Source of the DNA: Phoronis australis
Taxonomy: Eukaryota > Animalia > Phoronida
Direction of reading: 5' to 3'
Length of the DNA: 64,000 nt
Assembly (NCBI GenBank): GCA_002633005.1
Contig: NMRA01000242.1
Location: forward strand, 1-64,000
In this document: positions 13,915 to 27,009 of the stretch, piece by piece
How positions within the stretch are numbered: the first letter of the stretch is position 1
How the letters are laid out: the number at the start of each line of letters is the position of its first letter
Notes under the pieces: generated by a model
The model's database searches: none
What the model was told of the DNA's origin: nothing
Seen by the model: the letters and a program-made list of their open reading frames with translations, nothing else
Position numbers and translations under genes: made by a program

Positions 13915-14950
13915 TTTATGCACCTACATATTTATATGTGAGTGCATATTGCTGTCATCTCTTGTATGGGCATCCTGCGTCTTCTGCTGTATCTCCTAAA
14001 CCCCTCACAGGGTCTTGATGAGATTTGGCAGTTGTGTTTCTGTGAAGCTGACAACAGATGAGAGCAAATTTCGAACTTCTCCGACCACTTGTGTACTCCT
14101 TAGTGACAATTTTAGTTTTTTACACTTACCTCAGTCTGTTTCTTCAGAGGTCATCACTGGTTTTTCGTAAAATGTGGCAGTTAGGTAACTATTAGTGAGA
14201 TGACGCTATCTTCTTGTTTTTGGATGGATTAGATGTACTTTGCGCCACCTGGTTGGCATTTTTACTGTTTTTTGTGCGCCCTTCTATTAACCAAACTGCC
14301 CTAGGGGTGATTGTGGAAATTGGCATGTATGTTCTTACTATGAAAAGGGTGGCTAGTGTATTGATGTGAAGATGAAAACGGACAACGTCGACATTCGGAG
14401 GGACTGAACTACCAGTGTGCCCCTATTGGCAATTTAATTTTATTTTTAAGTTTACCTCTGTATCTTCAAGGTCCTCACCGTATTTTCCCTAAAATTTGGC
14501 ATCTAGGCATCTGTTAGTGTTGTGACGCTTTCCTCTGCTTTTAGGTTTGATTAGAGTTATTTTGTGCCACCTAGTGGCCATTTTTACTATTTTAGAGTCT
14601 GTTTTTTTTTCTAAGGATGATTGTGGAAATTGGCATGTATGTTCCTAATGTGGTGAGGAGGGCTGACGATAATTTTCGACTACTGAGATGACACTGTCCT
14701 CCCAATCCAACTTCTGCTGTATTCCCTAGTGGCAATTTTTCTATTTTACGTTTGCCTTTGTAACTTCTGAATTTTTATGCTTGTTCATGAAATTTGGCAA
14801 ACACATTTTTATTAAGATGACAACTGCTTTCCTTTTTGTGATGCATTTGACGTATTCTGCCCCATGAGCTAGTGGCCATTTTAATTATTTTTTAGTCTGT
14901 GCTTGTCGCCTGCTTCTGTATTTGCCAAACCATGCAAAAGATCATTATGA
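13915..14950 (+). mobile_element. Older copy of the same HINE-like family
   Basis: Starts tttatgcacctacatatttatatgtgagtgcat; internal repeats homologous to 38266-39338; 3' end approximate. Confidence 0.65.
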
Positions 14951-16194
14951 AAATTGCCCTTGTTATATTTCTGCATGGATTGTTCCTAAGTTTGCTCCGA
15001 ACTTTTATATTATTTTATGGTTCAGTGTTTTCACTTGTATGTGTCACAAACTGAAAATTCTTAACAATTTGTTATGAAATCAAACTTCAATAGTTATTCA
15101 ACACTTTCAAAGATAATCTTGTTGCCACTGACGTGGTACCGTGCTTGGCATATGCCATATATATAACGACATCTACCAACAACAAAAAGCACACGGCAAC
15201 AACATGTCGGTGCCATACACATAAGTTCATGTGTATGGGATTACTAGGTTATCCTACAAACATAGGTATACATCTACTGCAATATCCTAGCTTGATCTTT
15301 GGTGTCGTTCGGACATTACCTGGTGAAATCAATTCTTGATAGAATATGTGAGATAACCTACATGTTTACCTTAAAATATAAAGCTTTCTCCTGTCATCAT
15401 GTTGTTTTCTTGATAACTTTTGACAACATAAACTTTCTTTATATTTCAGGATATTGGCTAGAATCACACAATGGGAATCTTCCAAGTCAAAGGCATGGCA
15501 GATGAATTTCAAAACTTTACTTCTAATGTATATTTGGAAGTTTAATAATAACAATGTCTCAGAACTACTGCTATTTTCTTTACCATGCCAATGATGAGCA
15601 GATACTTGGAAATGTGCATTTTGCAAGACAATGAAGGATGTTCTTTCAAAGACAACTAAACTAGGATATAAACATTTCCCATACTGCACTTTAATATAAA
15701 ATCATGCTATGGTACTGGTCAACCCTCAAAAATTAATAACCCCTTATTAATGGGAGTGGTTATTAACAAGACAGCAGTGGGGAAAACCTCTGTCCAAGAA
15801 TTATTTTGTATTTTTGGTTGAAACCTAATTTTTTCACTCACTTGATATTTTCACAACTTGTCACAATGAAACAATCAGAAATTATTGAGACAATTGAACC
15901 AATTTGTTATCGCGCAATTTTCAATTGTCTTCTAAGTGCTGTTCAATAATATTGGCAACATAGCATTCATAATGTTTGAAGTTTGTGGACCAGAATTGTA
16001 ACAATTTATCAAATATACTTTATTACGGCCCCCCTAAGGGATTACCAGGACGGATGACTGAGGACGCCTAAAAAAACTCTGAAAACACGTGATGCGTCAC
16101 CCGACTCGTGCAGTTTAGTGGTGTTGACATTTTAGACATCATTAAAGACGAATGTACAAGATACAGGCATTTTAAGGATTTATGAAAAAACCGT

Positions 16195-17335
16195 TCCAAA
16201 ATCGAAATTCCTATAATGTGCAAGGCTGGGCGTTATAGGAATCTGAAACTCATGGGCATTTAAAGTATTATTTGCGGTAAACTTCGCTAAGAAATCGGGG
16301 TTCCTATAACGCGCAAGCTTGCGCGTTATGGGAATCTGAGCCTGATAGGCGTTTTAAAGATTATTTGAGGGAAATTTCGTTCGAAAATGGGGATTCCTAT
16401 ATTGCGCAAGCCTGCGCGTAATGGGAATCTGAGCCTAATAGGCGTTTTAAAGATTATTTGAAGGAAAACTCGTTCAAAAATCGGGATTCCTATATTGCGC
16501 ATGCCTGCACGTTATGGGAATCTGAGACTGATAGGAATTTTAAAGAATATTTGAGGGAAAACTCGTAAAAATCAGGATTCCTATATTACGCAAGCTTGCG
16601 CGTTATGGGAATCTGAGCCTGATAGGAATTTTAAAGAATATTTGAGGGGAAAATTCGTTAAAAATCGGGATTCCTATAACGCGCAAGCTTGCGCAGTATA
16701 GGAATCTGACTCTGATAGTCATTTTAAAGAATATTTGAAGGAAATTTCGTTAAAAATCGGGGATTCCTATAACGCGCAAGCTTGCGCAGTATAGGAATCT
16801 GACTCTGACAGGCATTTTAAAGAATATTTGAGGGTAAATTCGTTAAAAATCGGGGATTCCTATAACGCGCAAGCTTGCGCAGTATAGGAATCTGACTCTG
16901 ACAGGCATTTTAAAGAATATTTGATCGAAAATTTGTTAAAAATCGGGGATTCCCATAACGCGCAAGCTTGCGCAGTATAGGAATCTGACTCTGATAGTCA
17001 TTTTAAAGAATATTTGAAGGAAATTTCGTTAAAAATCGGGGATTCCTATAACGCGCAAGCTTGCGCAGTATAGGAAGCTGACTCTGATAGGCATTTTAAA
17101 GAATATTTGAAGGAAATTTCGTTAAAAATCGGGATTCCTATAACGCGCAAGCCTGCGCTGAAGAGACGCTGAAGCTGAGAGACGTTTTAAAGATAATTTG
17201 AGGGAAAAATCATCCAAAAATAGAGATTCCCATAACGCGCAAGCTTGCTCAGTGTAGGAATCTGACTCTGATAGTCATTTTAAAGAATATTTGACGGGAA
17301 AATCGGGATTCCAATCACGCGCAAGCTTGCGTTAT
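16195..17335. repeat. Tandem array of ~92-93 bp units each with a 38-bp palindrome (array 1, ~13 units)
   Basis: GCGCAAGCTTGCGC recurs at 16681, 16774, 16867, 16960 (93-bp period) inside GATTCCTATA-ac-GCGCAAGCTTGCGC-ag-TATAGGAATC; units degrade toward 16200. Confidence 0.95.
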
Positions 17336-17806
17336 TTTAAGAGAAACAGCCGTTCAAAATTCCAATCACTGTTAAGGCTGAGCCATATAAGAGTATTAAG
17401 CAGAATGATCATAGCGTGCTAATTAAGAATGCGTACTTATACAAGTGGTTCAACGAAAACCGAAATTATTATATTGCGCAATGTTTTTTATTTTGCTAAT
17501 AGCGAATCAATCCGGAACGTACAAGTGAATGCAAAGCACAAATTCAATCAAGCCGCTGCGCATATTACCGAAACAAATTTTGAATAAGTAGTCTAATTGG
17601 TTTTTGATTTCAAGAATCTGTTGTACGAAAATCAATGCCATTTCGCCCTATTTACGAAAGTATGGTTTTGACTGCAACTAAAATGCATTTGGCGCTGTGG
17701 GGTCAAATTACGAGGAATGCGTTGACGATTTGCGTAACAAGTGCTAATTTTATGAAGATAAAGACACGAACAAGTGAACAGCTCTCCTGGGAATGAGTGG
17801 TGGCCC

Positions 17807-18233
17807 TTAAAAGGGCCGTTTGTGTTCTAGCTGCCTAATTGTTCGCCAAATGAAGGCCGTGAACAACTTGCACTTAAGTGACCTGTAGAGGCGGTAATGC
17901 CCCTGGTCATTGAGGTGTACCTGGTCTCGGTTCATAAGCTTCCTGTTGCCGTTGAAGCGCCGGTGGATCCAGAATTTCACGGTGGGATCGGTTTCCAGAG
18001 ACTGTCCGAGGAGGTGGTTCAGGTCATCGGCCTTGTCGTTGTACCCGTCCAAGTGATACCTGTATAGTACAGACGACACGATGACAACCCGCACACCGTA
18101 GTCCTCTTTCAGACGGGAAACCAACCGAACAAGACGCCTGCGAACGTGGGGCGGTTCGTCCGTGGACAAATCATTCCCACCGACATGCAGAATGACGACG
18201 TCTGGCCGAAAACTGGATACCATATGGAGTTGC
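17807..18233 (-). CDS. SGNH hydrolase copy A (5' part lost in assembly gap)
   Basis: Essentially identical to 20593-21019; runs into N-gap 18234-18416. Confidence 0.7.
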
Positions 18234-18416
18234 NNNNNNNNNNNNNNNNNNNNNNNNNNNNNNNNNNNNNNNNNNNNNNNNNNNNNNNNNNNNNNNNNNN
18301 NNNNNNNNNNNNNNNNNNNNNNNNNNNNNNNNNNNNNNNNNNNNNNNNNNNNNNNNNNNNNNNNNNNNNNNNNNNNNNNNNNNNNNNNNNNNNNNNNNNN
18401 NNNNNNNNNNNNNNNN

Positions 18417-20115
18417 AATTTCGTTAAAAATCGGGATTCCTATAACGCGCAAGCTTGCGCAGTATAGGAATCTGACTCTGACAGGCATTTTAAAGAATAT
18501 TTGAGGGTAAATTCTGTAAAAATCGGGGATTCCTATAACGTGCAAGCTTGCGCAGTATAGGAATCTGACTCTGATAGGCATTTTAAAGAATATTTGAAGG
18601 AAATTTCGTTAAAAATCGGGATTCCTATAACGCGCAAGCTTGCGCAGTACAGGAATCTGACTCTGACAGGCATTTTAAAGAATATTTGAGGGAAAATTTG
18701 TTAAAAATCGGGGATTCCCATAACGCGCAAGCTTGCGCAGTATAGGAATCTGACTCTGATAGGCATTTTAAAGAATATTTGAAGGAAATTTCCATAAAAA
18801 TCGGGATTCCTATAACGCGCAAGCTTGCGCAGTATAGGAATCTGACTCTGATAGCCATTTTAAAGAATATTTGAAGGAAATTTCGTTAAAAATCGGGATT
18901 CCTATAACGCGCAAGCTTGCGCAGTATAGGAATCTGACTCTGATAGTCATTTTAAAGAATATTTGAAGGAAATTTCGTTAAAAATCGGGATTCCTATAAC
19001 GCGCAAGCTTGCGCAGTATAGGAATCTGAGCCTAATAGGCGTATTAAAGATTATTTGAGGACAAATTCGTTCAAAATTCGGGATTCCTATATTGCGCAAG
19101 CCTGCGCGTTATGGGAATCTGAGACTGATAGGAATTTTAAAGAATATTTGAGGGAAAACTCGTAAAAAATTGGGATTCCTATATTGCGCAAGCTTGCGCG
19201 TTATGGGAATCTGAGACTGATAGGAATTTTAAAGATTATTTGATGGTAAATTCGTTAAAAATCGGGGATTCCTATATTGCGCAAGCTTGCGCGTTATGGG
19301 AATCTGACTCTGACAGGCATTTTAAAGAATATTTGAGGGAAAATTTGTTAAAAACCGAGGATTCCCATAACGCGCAAGCTTGCGCAGTATAGGAATCTGA
19401 CTCTGATAGACATTTTAAAGAATATTTGAGGGTAAATTCGTTAAAAATCGGCGATTCCTATAACGCGCAAGTTTGCGCAGTATAGGAATCTGACTCTGAT
19501 AGGCATTTTAAAGAATATTTGAAGGAAATTTCGTTAAAAATCGGGATTCCTATAACGCGCAAGCTTGCGCAGTATAGGAATCTGACTCTGACAGGCATTT
19601 TAAAGAATATTTGATCGAAAATTTGTTAAAAATCGGGGATTCCCATAACGCGCAAGCTTGCGCAGTATAGGAATCTGACTCTGATAGGCATTTTAAAGAA
19701 TATTTGAAGGAAATTTCGTTAAAAACCGAGGATTCCCATAACGCGCAAGCTTGCGCAGTATAGGAATCTGACTCTGATAGACATTTTAAAGAATATTTGA
19801 GGGTAAATTCGTTAAAAATCGGCGATTCCTATAACGCGCAAGCTTGCGCAGTATAGGAATCTGACTCTGATAGGCATTTTAAAGAATATTTGAAGGAAAT
19901 TTCGTTAAAAATCGGGATTCCTATAACGCGCAAGCTTGCGCAGTATAGGAATCTGACTCTGACAGGCATTTTAAAGAATATTTGATCGAAAATTTGTTAA
20001 AAATCGGGGATTCCCATAACGCGCAAGCTTGCGCAGTATAGGAATCTGACTCTGATAGTCATTTTAAAGAATATTTGACGGGAAAATCGGGATTCCAATC
20101 ACGCGCAAGCTTGCA
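18417..20115. repeat. Same 92-93 bp palindrome-bearing tandem array (array 2, ~18 units)
   Basis: Same unit; followed by the same ~480-bp spacer and SGNH ORF as array 1. Confidence 0.95.
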
Positions 20116-20592
20116 TTATTTTAAGAGAAACAGCCGTTCAAAATTCCAATCACTGTTAAGGCTGAGCCATATAAGAGTATTATGCAGAATGATCATAGCG
20201 TGCTAATTAAGAATGTGTACTTATACAAGTGGTTCAACGAAAACCGAAATTATTATATTGCGCAATGTTTTTTATTTTGCTAATAGCGAATCAATCCGGA
20301 ACGTACAAGTGAATGCAACGCACAAATTCAATCAAGCCGCTGCGCATATTGCCGAAATTCAAATTTTGAATAAGTAGTGTAATTGGTTTTTGATTTCACG
20401 AATCTGTTGTACGAAAATCAATGCCATTTCGCCCTATTTAGGAAAGTATGGTTTTGACTGCAACTAAAACGCATTTGGCGCTGTGGGGTCAAATTACGAG
20501 GAATGCGTTGACGATTTGCGTAACAAGTGCTAATTTTATGAAGATAAAGACACGAACAAGTGAACAGCTCTCCTGGGAATGAGTGGTGGCCC

Positions 20593-21186
20593 TTAAAAGG
20601 GCCGTTTGTGTTCTAGCTGCCTAATTGTTCGCCAAATGAAGGCCGTGAACAACTTGCACTTAAGTGACCTGTAGAGGCGGTAATGCCCCTGGTCATTGAG
20701 GTGTACCTGGTCTCGGTTCATAAGCTTCCTGTTGCCGTTGAAGCGCCGGTGGATCCAGAATTTCACGGTGGGATCGGTTTCCAGAGACTGTCCGAGGAGG
20801 TGGTTCAGGTCATCGGCCTTGTCGTTGTACCCGTCCAAGTGATACCTGTATAGTACAGACGACACGATGACAACCCGCACACCGTAGTCCTCTTTCAGAC
20901 GGGAAACCAACCGAACAAGACGCCTGCGAACGTGGGGCGGTTCGTCCGTGGACAAATCATTCCCACCGACATGCAGAATGACGACGTCTGGCCGAAAACT
21001 GGATACCATATGGAGTTGCTTGTAAATTGACCTGGTGGTCATTCCGCCAACACCATGAAGCTTGACAACAGGATCCAACGCAGTCAAATCGAAGTTGAAG
21101 TTCGTCGACGGCTCTCGCAACATATAGTCGCGGAGTCGACGTACGTGGCTGCTCCCGAGGATCAGAATTCGCTTCGACATAGTCAT
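20593..21186 (-). CDS. Intronless SGNH/GDSL-like hydrolase (esterase), probably mobile-element encoded
   Basis: All four SGNH blocks are present: ILGSSH (I), GVGG (II), HVGGND (III), DQVH (V). GC-rich relative to flanks. Likely start MTMSKR at 21186/21180 (two CCAAT boxes at ~21251 and ~21288) rather than the track start at 21342. Confidence 0.85.
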   Translation of the reverse strand: MTMSKRILILGSSHVRRLRDYMLREPSTNFNFDLTALDPVVKLHGVGGMTTRSIYKQLHMVSSFRPDVVILHVGGNDLSTDEPPHVRRRLVRLVSRLKEDYGVRVVIVSSVLYRYHLDGYNDKADDLNHLLGQSLETDPTVKFWIHRRFNGNRKLMNRDQVHLNDQGHYRLYRSLKCKLFTAFIWRTIRQLEHKRPF

Positions 21187-21807
21187 CTGTTCGATCCACC
21201 GCTCACTCTCACATTTTATTGTACTGCGGCAGAAACAGTCCACAGAATTGCCAATCAGAATTGCCAGACACCGAGTGTCAGAAACTGACCAATGAGAATA
21301 AATGTTTTGGATAAATTTGATATTCAGGTTTGTTGTTGACATTCCTTTGAGGAGTAGGCCCTAACTGCCAAACTAAGAGAGTAGCGGTCCTCTATAATCA
21401 CAGTTAATACCTCGGTCATTGTGTGCTGTAAACCTACCTCTTGCTGTGTAGTTAATAAAAGAGTGGACTTAAGGAGCCGGTAACAATGCTTTGATGTTGG
21501 TCAAAGTTTTACCTGTTAACTTGTTTGCTGTGTAATCTGCCTAAATCATATAGACAACTCTTTGCGCGGAAAATCAGTCCTTAACTGACATTCAACAAGG
21601 GCAAATTACTGACGCCGTACGCGACGGTATTTTTGAATACAAATTAACAACGAAAATCCTCATACAATTCCCTGCTCGCTTGGCATTATGAACGACACAA
21701 ACGTCTTTTACCCCCTGTAGGTGCCTAAATAAGTTTTGGATAAATGAGGCATACTACAATTTGTATTCCTATAAATAACGTATATATAGTATAATCAGCG
21801 TTCAGTN

Positions 21808-22244
21808 GTGGATCCAGAATTTCACGGTGGGATCGGTTTCCAGAGACTGTCCGAGGAGGTGGTTCAGGTCATCGGCCTTGTCGTTGTACCCGTCCAAGTG
21901 ATACCTGTATACATGTAGTACAGACGACACGATGACAACCCGCACACCGTAGTCCTCTTTCAGACGGGAAACCAACCGAACAAGACGCCTGCGAACGTGG
22001 GGCGGTTCGTCCGTGGACAAATCATTCCCACCGACATGCAGAATGACGACGTTTGGCCGAAAACTGGATACCATATGGAGTTGCTTGTAAATTGAGCTGG
22101 TGGTCATTCCGCCAACACCATGAAGCTTGACAACAGGGTCCAACGCAGTCAAATCGAAGTTGAAGTTCGTCGACGGCTCTCGCAACATATAGTCGCGGAG
22201 TCGACGTAGTGGCTGCTCCCGAGGATCAGAATTCGCTTCGACAT
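21808..22244 (-). pseudogene. SGNH hydrolase copy C, frameshifted and 3'-truncated
   Basis: Copy of 20748-21180 with a 1-bp deletion just after GSSH (cgtagtgg vs cgtacgtgg), a 6-bp insertion and a 7-bp deletion of the first ATG; part of the ~1.04-kb duplication 21808-22844 of 20748-21797. Confidence 0.7.
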
Positions 22245-23756
22245 AGTTCGATCCACCGCTCACTCTCACATGTTATTGTACTGCGGCAGAAACAGTCCAC
22301 AGCCGGAATTGCCAGACACCGAGTGTCAGAAACTGACCAATGAGAATAAATGTTTTGGATAAATTTGATATTCAGGTTTGTTGTTGACATTCCTTTGAGG
22401 AGTAGGCCATAACTGCCAAACTAAGAGAGTAGCGGTCCTCTATAATCACAGTTAATCCCTCGGTCATTGTGTGCTGTAAACCTACCTCTTGCTGTGTAGT
22501 TAATAAAAGAGCGGACTTAAGGAGCCGGTAACAATGCTTTGATGTTGGTCAAAGTTTTACCTGTTTACTTGCTGTGTAATCTGCCTAAATCATATAGACA
22601 ACTCTTTGCGCGGAAAATCAGTCCTTAACTAACATTCAACAAGGGCAAATTACTGACGCCGTACGCGACGGTATTTTTGAATACAAATTAACAACGAAAA
22701 TTCTCATACAATTCCCTGCTCGCTTGGCATTATGAACGACACAAACGTCTTTTATGATCCCCTGTAGATGCCTAAATAAGTTTTGGATAAATGAGGCATA
22801 CTACAATTTGTATTCCTATAAATAACGTATATATAGTATAATCAAGCTTGCAAACGGGGATAAAATAATCGACAGCGCGCCTTAATTTTAATAAAATCAA
22901 ATCATGGACAACTTTATCGAATTTGCTGAAGAAATGTGGCGAATAAATTTTGACAGAAATTATTTTGCTAGACCCGGGACCGGAGCGTATCGGACCGCGT
23001 GCCGATTGAGACCAGACACTGGCGAACGGTAAGTGCATGCGGTTGCGAGCTGTTTTGTCGAAGTAAAATGCTCAAATCATAAATGCCGCATATATTCAAA
23101 GATAGTTTCAGACACTTGCATGAAATTACGGGCTGGTTAGTCCTGTGTCACACTGCAGCGGCAGACGTTAGCTACATGTAGCCTCACTGCCAGCTACCAC
23201 TGAGGACTATCGTCAAAATACCGCTTGTTAGTACATGTAGGCCTGTACAGCTTTGCGTCAAGGCTACCCTTAGGACTAACTGGTCGCTGGCCACAGCGCT
23301 CGCTCAAACGAGGTTTATTTAGAACTTGGGTACTTCTCGCGAACTGTGCAAAGTTGTTGGCTTTCAATAGAGATTTGCTCAGACTTTGTATGAGCGCACC
23401 AAGCCTAAAAGAATGGGGGGGCTGGAATTTTTGGGAATGTCTACCTTTTACTATAAGATTCACTGGGTATGTTCAGAGCTATGAATTGCAGACGCTAAAT
23501 TTTGGTACTTCCTGTATTCTAGAGGAATATTGTCTTGTTTTTTACTTTTTTCGGAATTCGTGCTTCTCTGACTGAGGCAGACCTTTTTCCATTTCTCCAA
23601 ATAGTAGGCTCGTTCGAGCACATAAGTATGACAAGTCCAATACAAAATGTTATCATTTTTATTCATTAACCCAAAATGATTCAAACTTTTAACATAATAA
23701 GTAAATTAAAATATACAATACTTTACAACATTTAGCATTACAAACACTATTCAACA

Positions 23757-24006
23757 CATGCACGCACCCAGCCTTCAATATGGGGGCTCGAATTCCCGGC
23801 GATGTGGGGCTTTTGCTAAAAAAGAGTCGGCGGACTAAAAAAAAAACGGGAGCACCACTGTGAATTGCCCGTTTGCGCTTCTTTAGTGGACTTTTGTCCC
23901 ATTTTCTCCGGCTTTTGTCTCTCGGGGGCGGACCTTTTTTCCCACTTCGCCAAATGGGGGGGCTCGTTTGAGTCCCCCGAGCTCCCCCCCCCCGGGTGCG
24001 CGCATG
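23757..24006. mobile_element. MITE with CATGCGCGCACCC TIRs and 5-bp TSD (hAT5-like), copy 1
   Basis: catgcacgcaccc...gggtgcgcgcatg flanked by caaca/caaca. Confidence 0.8.
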
Positions 24007-25550
24007 CAACAGCAAAAGTTTCCATGTTATGAAAGTGGACTTACATGTAACTATTACAATGGTGACTGAATACAGAATTTGACAGGCATTTTTTTAATGT
24101 TTATTACGAAATCTTCAGAATACAATGAATATACATAACCCAGAAAGCGCCAAGAGGCATTAGATCTGGGTAAAAAATACAAAGAAGTCTATATACAATG
24201 ATTATATACGAATACATAAATAAAAAAACTGATGTTAAGAATACAATGATATATGACAACGAATGAAAATAATTCATTTTCATACAGATGTATAAAATTC
24301 TATCCACTCACACAAAGAAATTTAATGTTATAAAGAAATTCTGATACTATTTGACAGGCATGATTAAAAAAATATGAAGTTGCAAGGAACAAGAATTGGA
24401 GGCTTGAAGCTTCACAATCCAACATAGCTTATTTCTCAAATTAAGATTATTCATATTGTTGACTTGATAACCTGAATTAAGAAGCAATAAGTTACAAAAC
24501 ATGACTTGAAAGCAATTGAGACTTAAAATTTAGAAAAACGTGAATCATTTTGTGACACCGAATCAAGCCTTGAACAGCAGTTGACAGTCAAACAAAAAAA
24601 CATTTTGAAATTACTTCAACTATTTTTTTAGCTTAGTGTAGGATCACCTGAAATTCACAGTAAAATAATTCGAATATATCTAATATTTTTGCACAAAAAC
24701 ACGAAAATTTAACAAAGTTCCTTTTTTTGTAGCAACGCTTGTCAAAATATATCAACGTTAAATCTTCACAAATTACGCAGTAGCCGATTGAACATGCCTT
24801 TCAGTTCAGCAAAATTCGCCATGTTGTCGGTGCCGCCAGAAATGAGACGAAGTCCAACGGGAATTGTCAGCACATTTATCACTTATTGAGTAACAACTGC
24901 GAGCCTGAAGTTTGGTGAACACTGTTGAATCGTGCAAAATAGTAAGTAAAGACATGTCTAACTAAATTTCACCGTAATTTGTTGGCGAAAACAATTTACA
25001 CAAAGTTTTAAACTCGTATCCTATCTCACAATTCAACAGCAGGTTACATACTCATTTATTAATGTCAACTGTATGCCGCACAAAACTTGAACCATCTTAG
25101 CCAAGTACGCTGCAGCCTATGAAAATACCGAAAATTAACCCGAGTTTCAACTTCTTTGCAAACATGGAACAGGGATATCAAAGGGATATGAAGGTTGTTT
25201 TTATACTTCAATGTTACATTTTTGTAAGCAGACAAATGTTCTTTTTTAATCTGCCTTAATTCCTACTATTCCAAAAGTATTTCCAACCTTACGCCTTTCA
25301 AATGAACATTTATGACAAAAACGTAATTCTTCAACCGGTTTTGTAAAGTCCTTCACCACCTCTACATAATGTGAACCAATCCTACTCCTAATGTAACAAA
25401 AAGGCACCGTGCGTAACGGATACTAAGTATGGTCCTTCTGAAATATTGGATCGGTTCTGCTAACGCAACCTCGCACGTAACCTTTTATGAATTTACTGTA
25501 GTTGGTTACAGACAGGTCCACCTTTATAAAACTGGCAACGCAGACAAACT

Positions 25551-25705
25551 CATGCGCGCACCCAGGGGAAAAGTCCGAGAGAAAGAGACGAAAGTCTATC
25601 ACAGTGCCCCGTTTTCTATTTTAGTTCTCACGCTTTTTTGTTAGCAAAAGGTCCACTTTGCCAGAGATTCGAGCGCCCCGAAATTAGAGGCTGGGTGCGC
25701 GCATA
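25551..25705. mobile_element. Same MITE family, shorter copy 2
   Basis: catgcgcgcaccc...gggtgcgcgcata flanked by aaact/aaacg. Confidence 0.7.
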
Positions 25706-25984
25706 AAACGTCTACCCAAGTTGCACCCAATGCAGCTCCTAGTTTAAACGCGGGCTTCTTTTTTAAAGTTTGGTCAGGTATAAATAAAGCCACAAACATG
25801 GAAGTTCACTGAAACACGTCTACCTTACAAATGTGACAATCCCTAGCCTCGGTAAAGTTGAGAACCCGACAAAAATACTGATGATGAAATACCGGTGATG
25901 ATAATCATCCACTTTGTTAATTTAGTTCACCTACACAATTGGAAATAGCCGCTAAAATGAAACTCATTCGAGTAAGCACCACGT

Positions 25985-26234
25985 CATGCGCGCACCGGGG
26001 GGGGGCTCGAATGAGCCCCCCAATTGGCGAAGTGGGCAAAAACGTCCGCCCCTGGGAGACAAAATGTCCTAGGAACTGGGACAAAAGTCCAATAAATAAG
26101 CGCAAACGCGCAATTCACAGTGGTGCTCCCGCTTTTTTTTTGTTTTTTTTTTTAGTCGGCCCTTTCTTTTGTTAGCAAAAGGTCCATAACGTTAGGAATT
26201 CGAGCCCCCATTTTGAAGGCCAGGTGCGTACATG
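25985..26234. mobile_element. Same MITE family, copy 3 (opposite orientation to copy 1)
   Basis: catgcgcgcaccg...ggtgcgtacatg flanked by cacgt/cacgt. Confidence 0.8.
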
Positions 26235-27009
26235 CACGTGAGTCCCTCTGACAGCCCCAATATGGTAGAACTCAAGAAGCTCAAGTCGTGGTCAAATCAG
26301 GATGAGCATAAATATGGAAAATTACTGTATCAACAGATTATACAAATAAAAATAAGATACATATAGATTATTACATGGCGAAGTCGTTATCCCCCGTTAT
26401 CTAGAGCCCGAGTGGATTTTGGAGAATTATCGCCCGAGGGGCCTATTTATACTACATACTAAACGAGAAACATTGCAATGAATCGATTTACCTTTTCTGA
26501 CTCTCCACGGCTTTGTAACTATTTTCTATGCCAGAGGCCCGCAGAGACCGTAGCGTCTTTGAGGCCCGGGGTCGGAGGTCGTGACCTTTTAAGAAAAGCC
26601 CGGTTATTTTTGTCAAATATTGCTTTTACTCAAAACCAATTAAAAACTTAAATATCATACAAATAAATTGAATTTATAAATTAAGGTTTACCAACTATTA
26701 TAGCTTAAAACACGTTTTTTTCACGCTAAGCTTCGACCGGGAAATTATCGTCTGCTAAACTAAAGTAGGTTACCACTGGTAACTGAATATAATTCTCAAG
26801 TCAAAGATCCTGACGACACGATACCCGCATTCAAACTAGAGATCGGTGATTTACAAGTACAAAGACATGAGAGAAAAATTTCTCGGAATTAAGATATCAT
26901 TTTTATGGAAATTATGTGTCTTATTTTTCGTAGCGTATAAGTACAGTACAATGCGGTTTGTTGAACGTGCGATTATTGCGCGTGTTCATTTAAGTATTCT
27001 ATTTTCACT

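Noticed and set aside
16195-20115. CRISPR-like appearance of regularly spaced palindromes
   Set aside because: The inter-palindrome segments are near-identical rather than unique spacers, the context is eukaryotic, and there are no cas genes
21187-21342. N-terminal extension of the SGNH ORF in the ORF track
   Set aside because: AT-rich, contains the CCAAT boxes, and has indels in copy C; the SGNH fold starts at MSKRILILGSS
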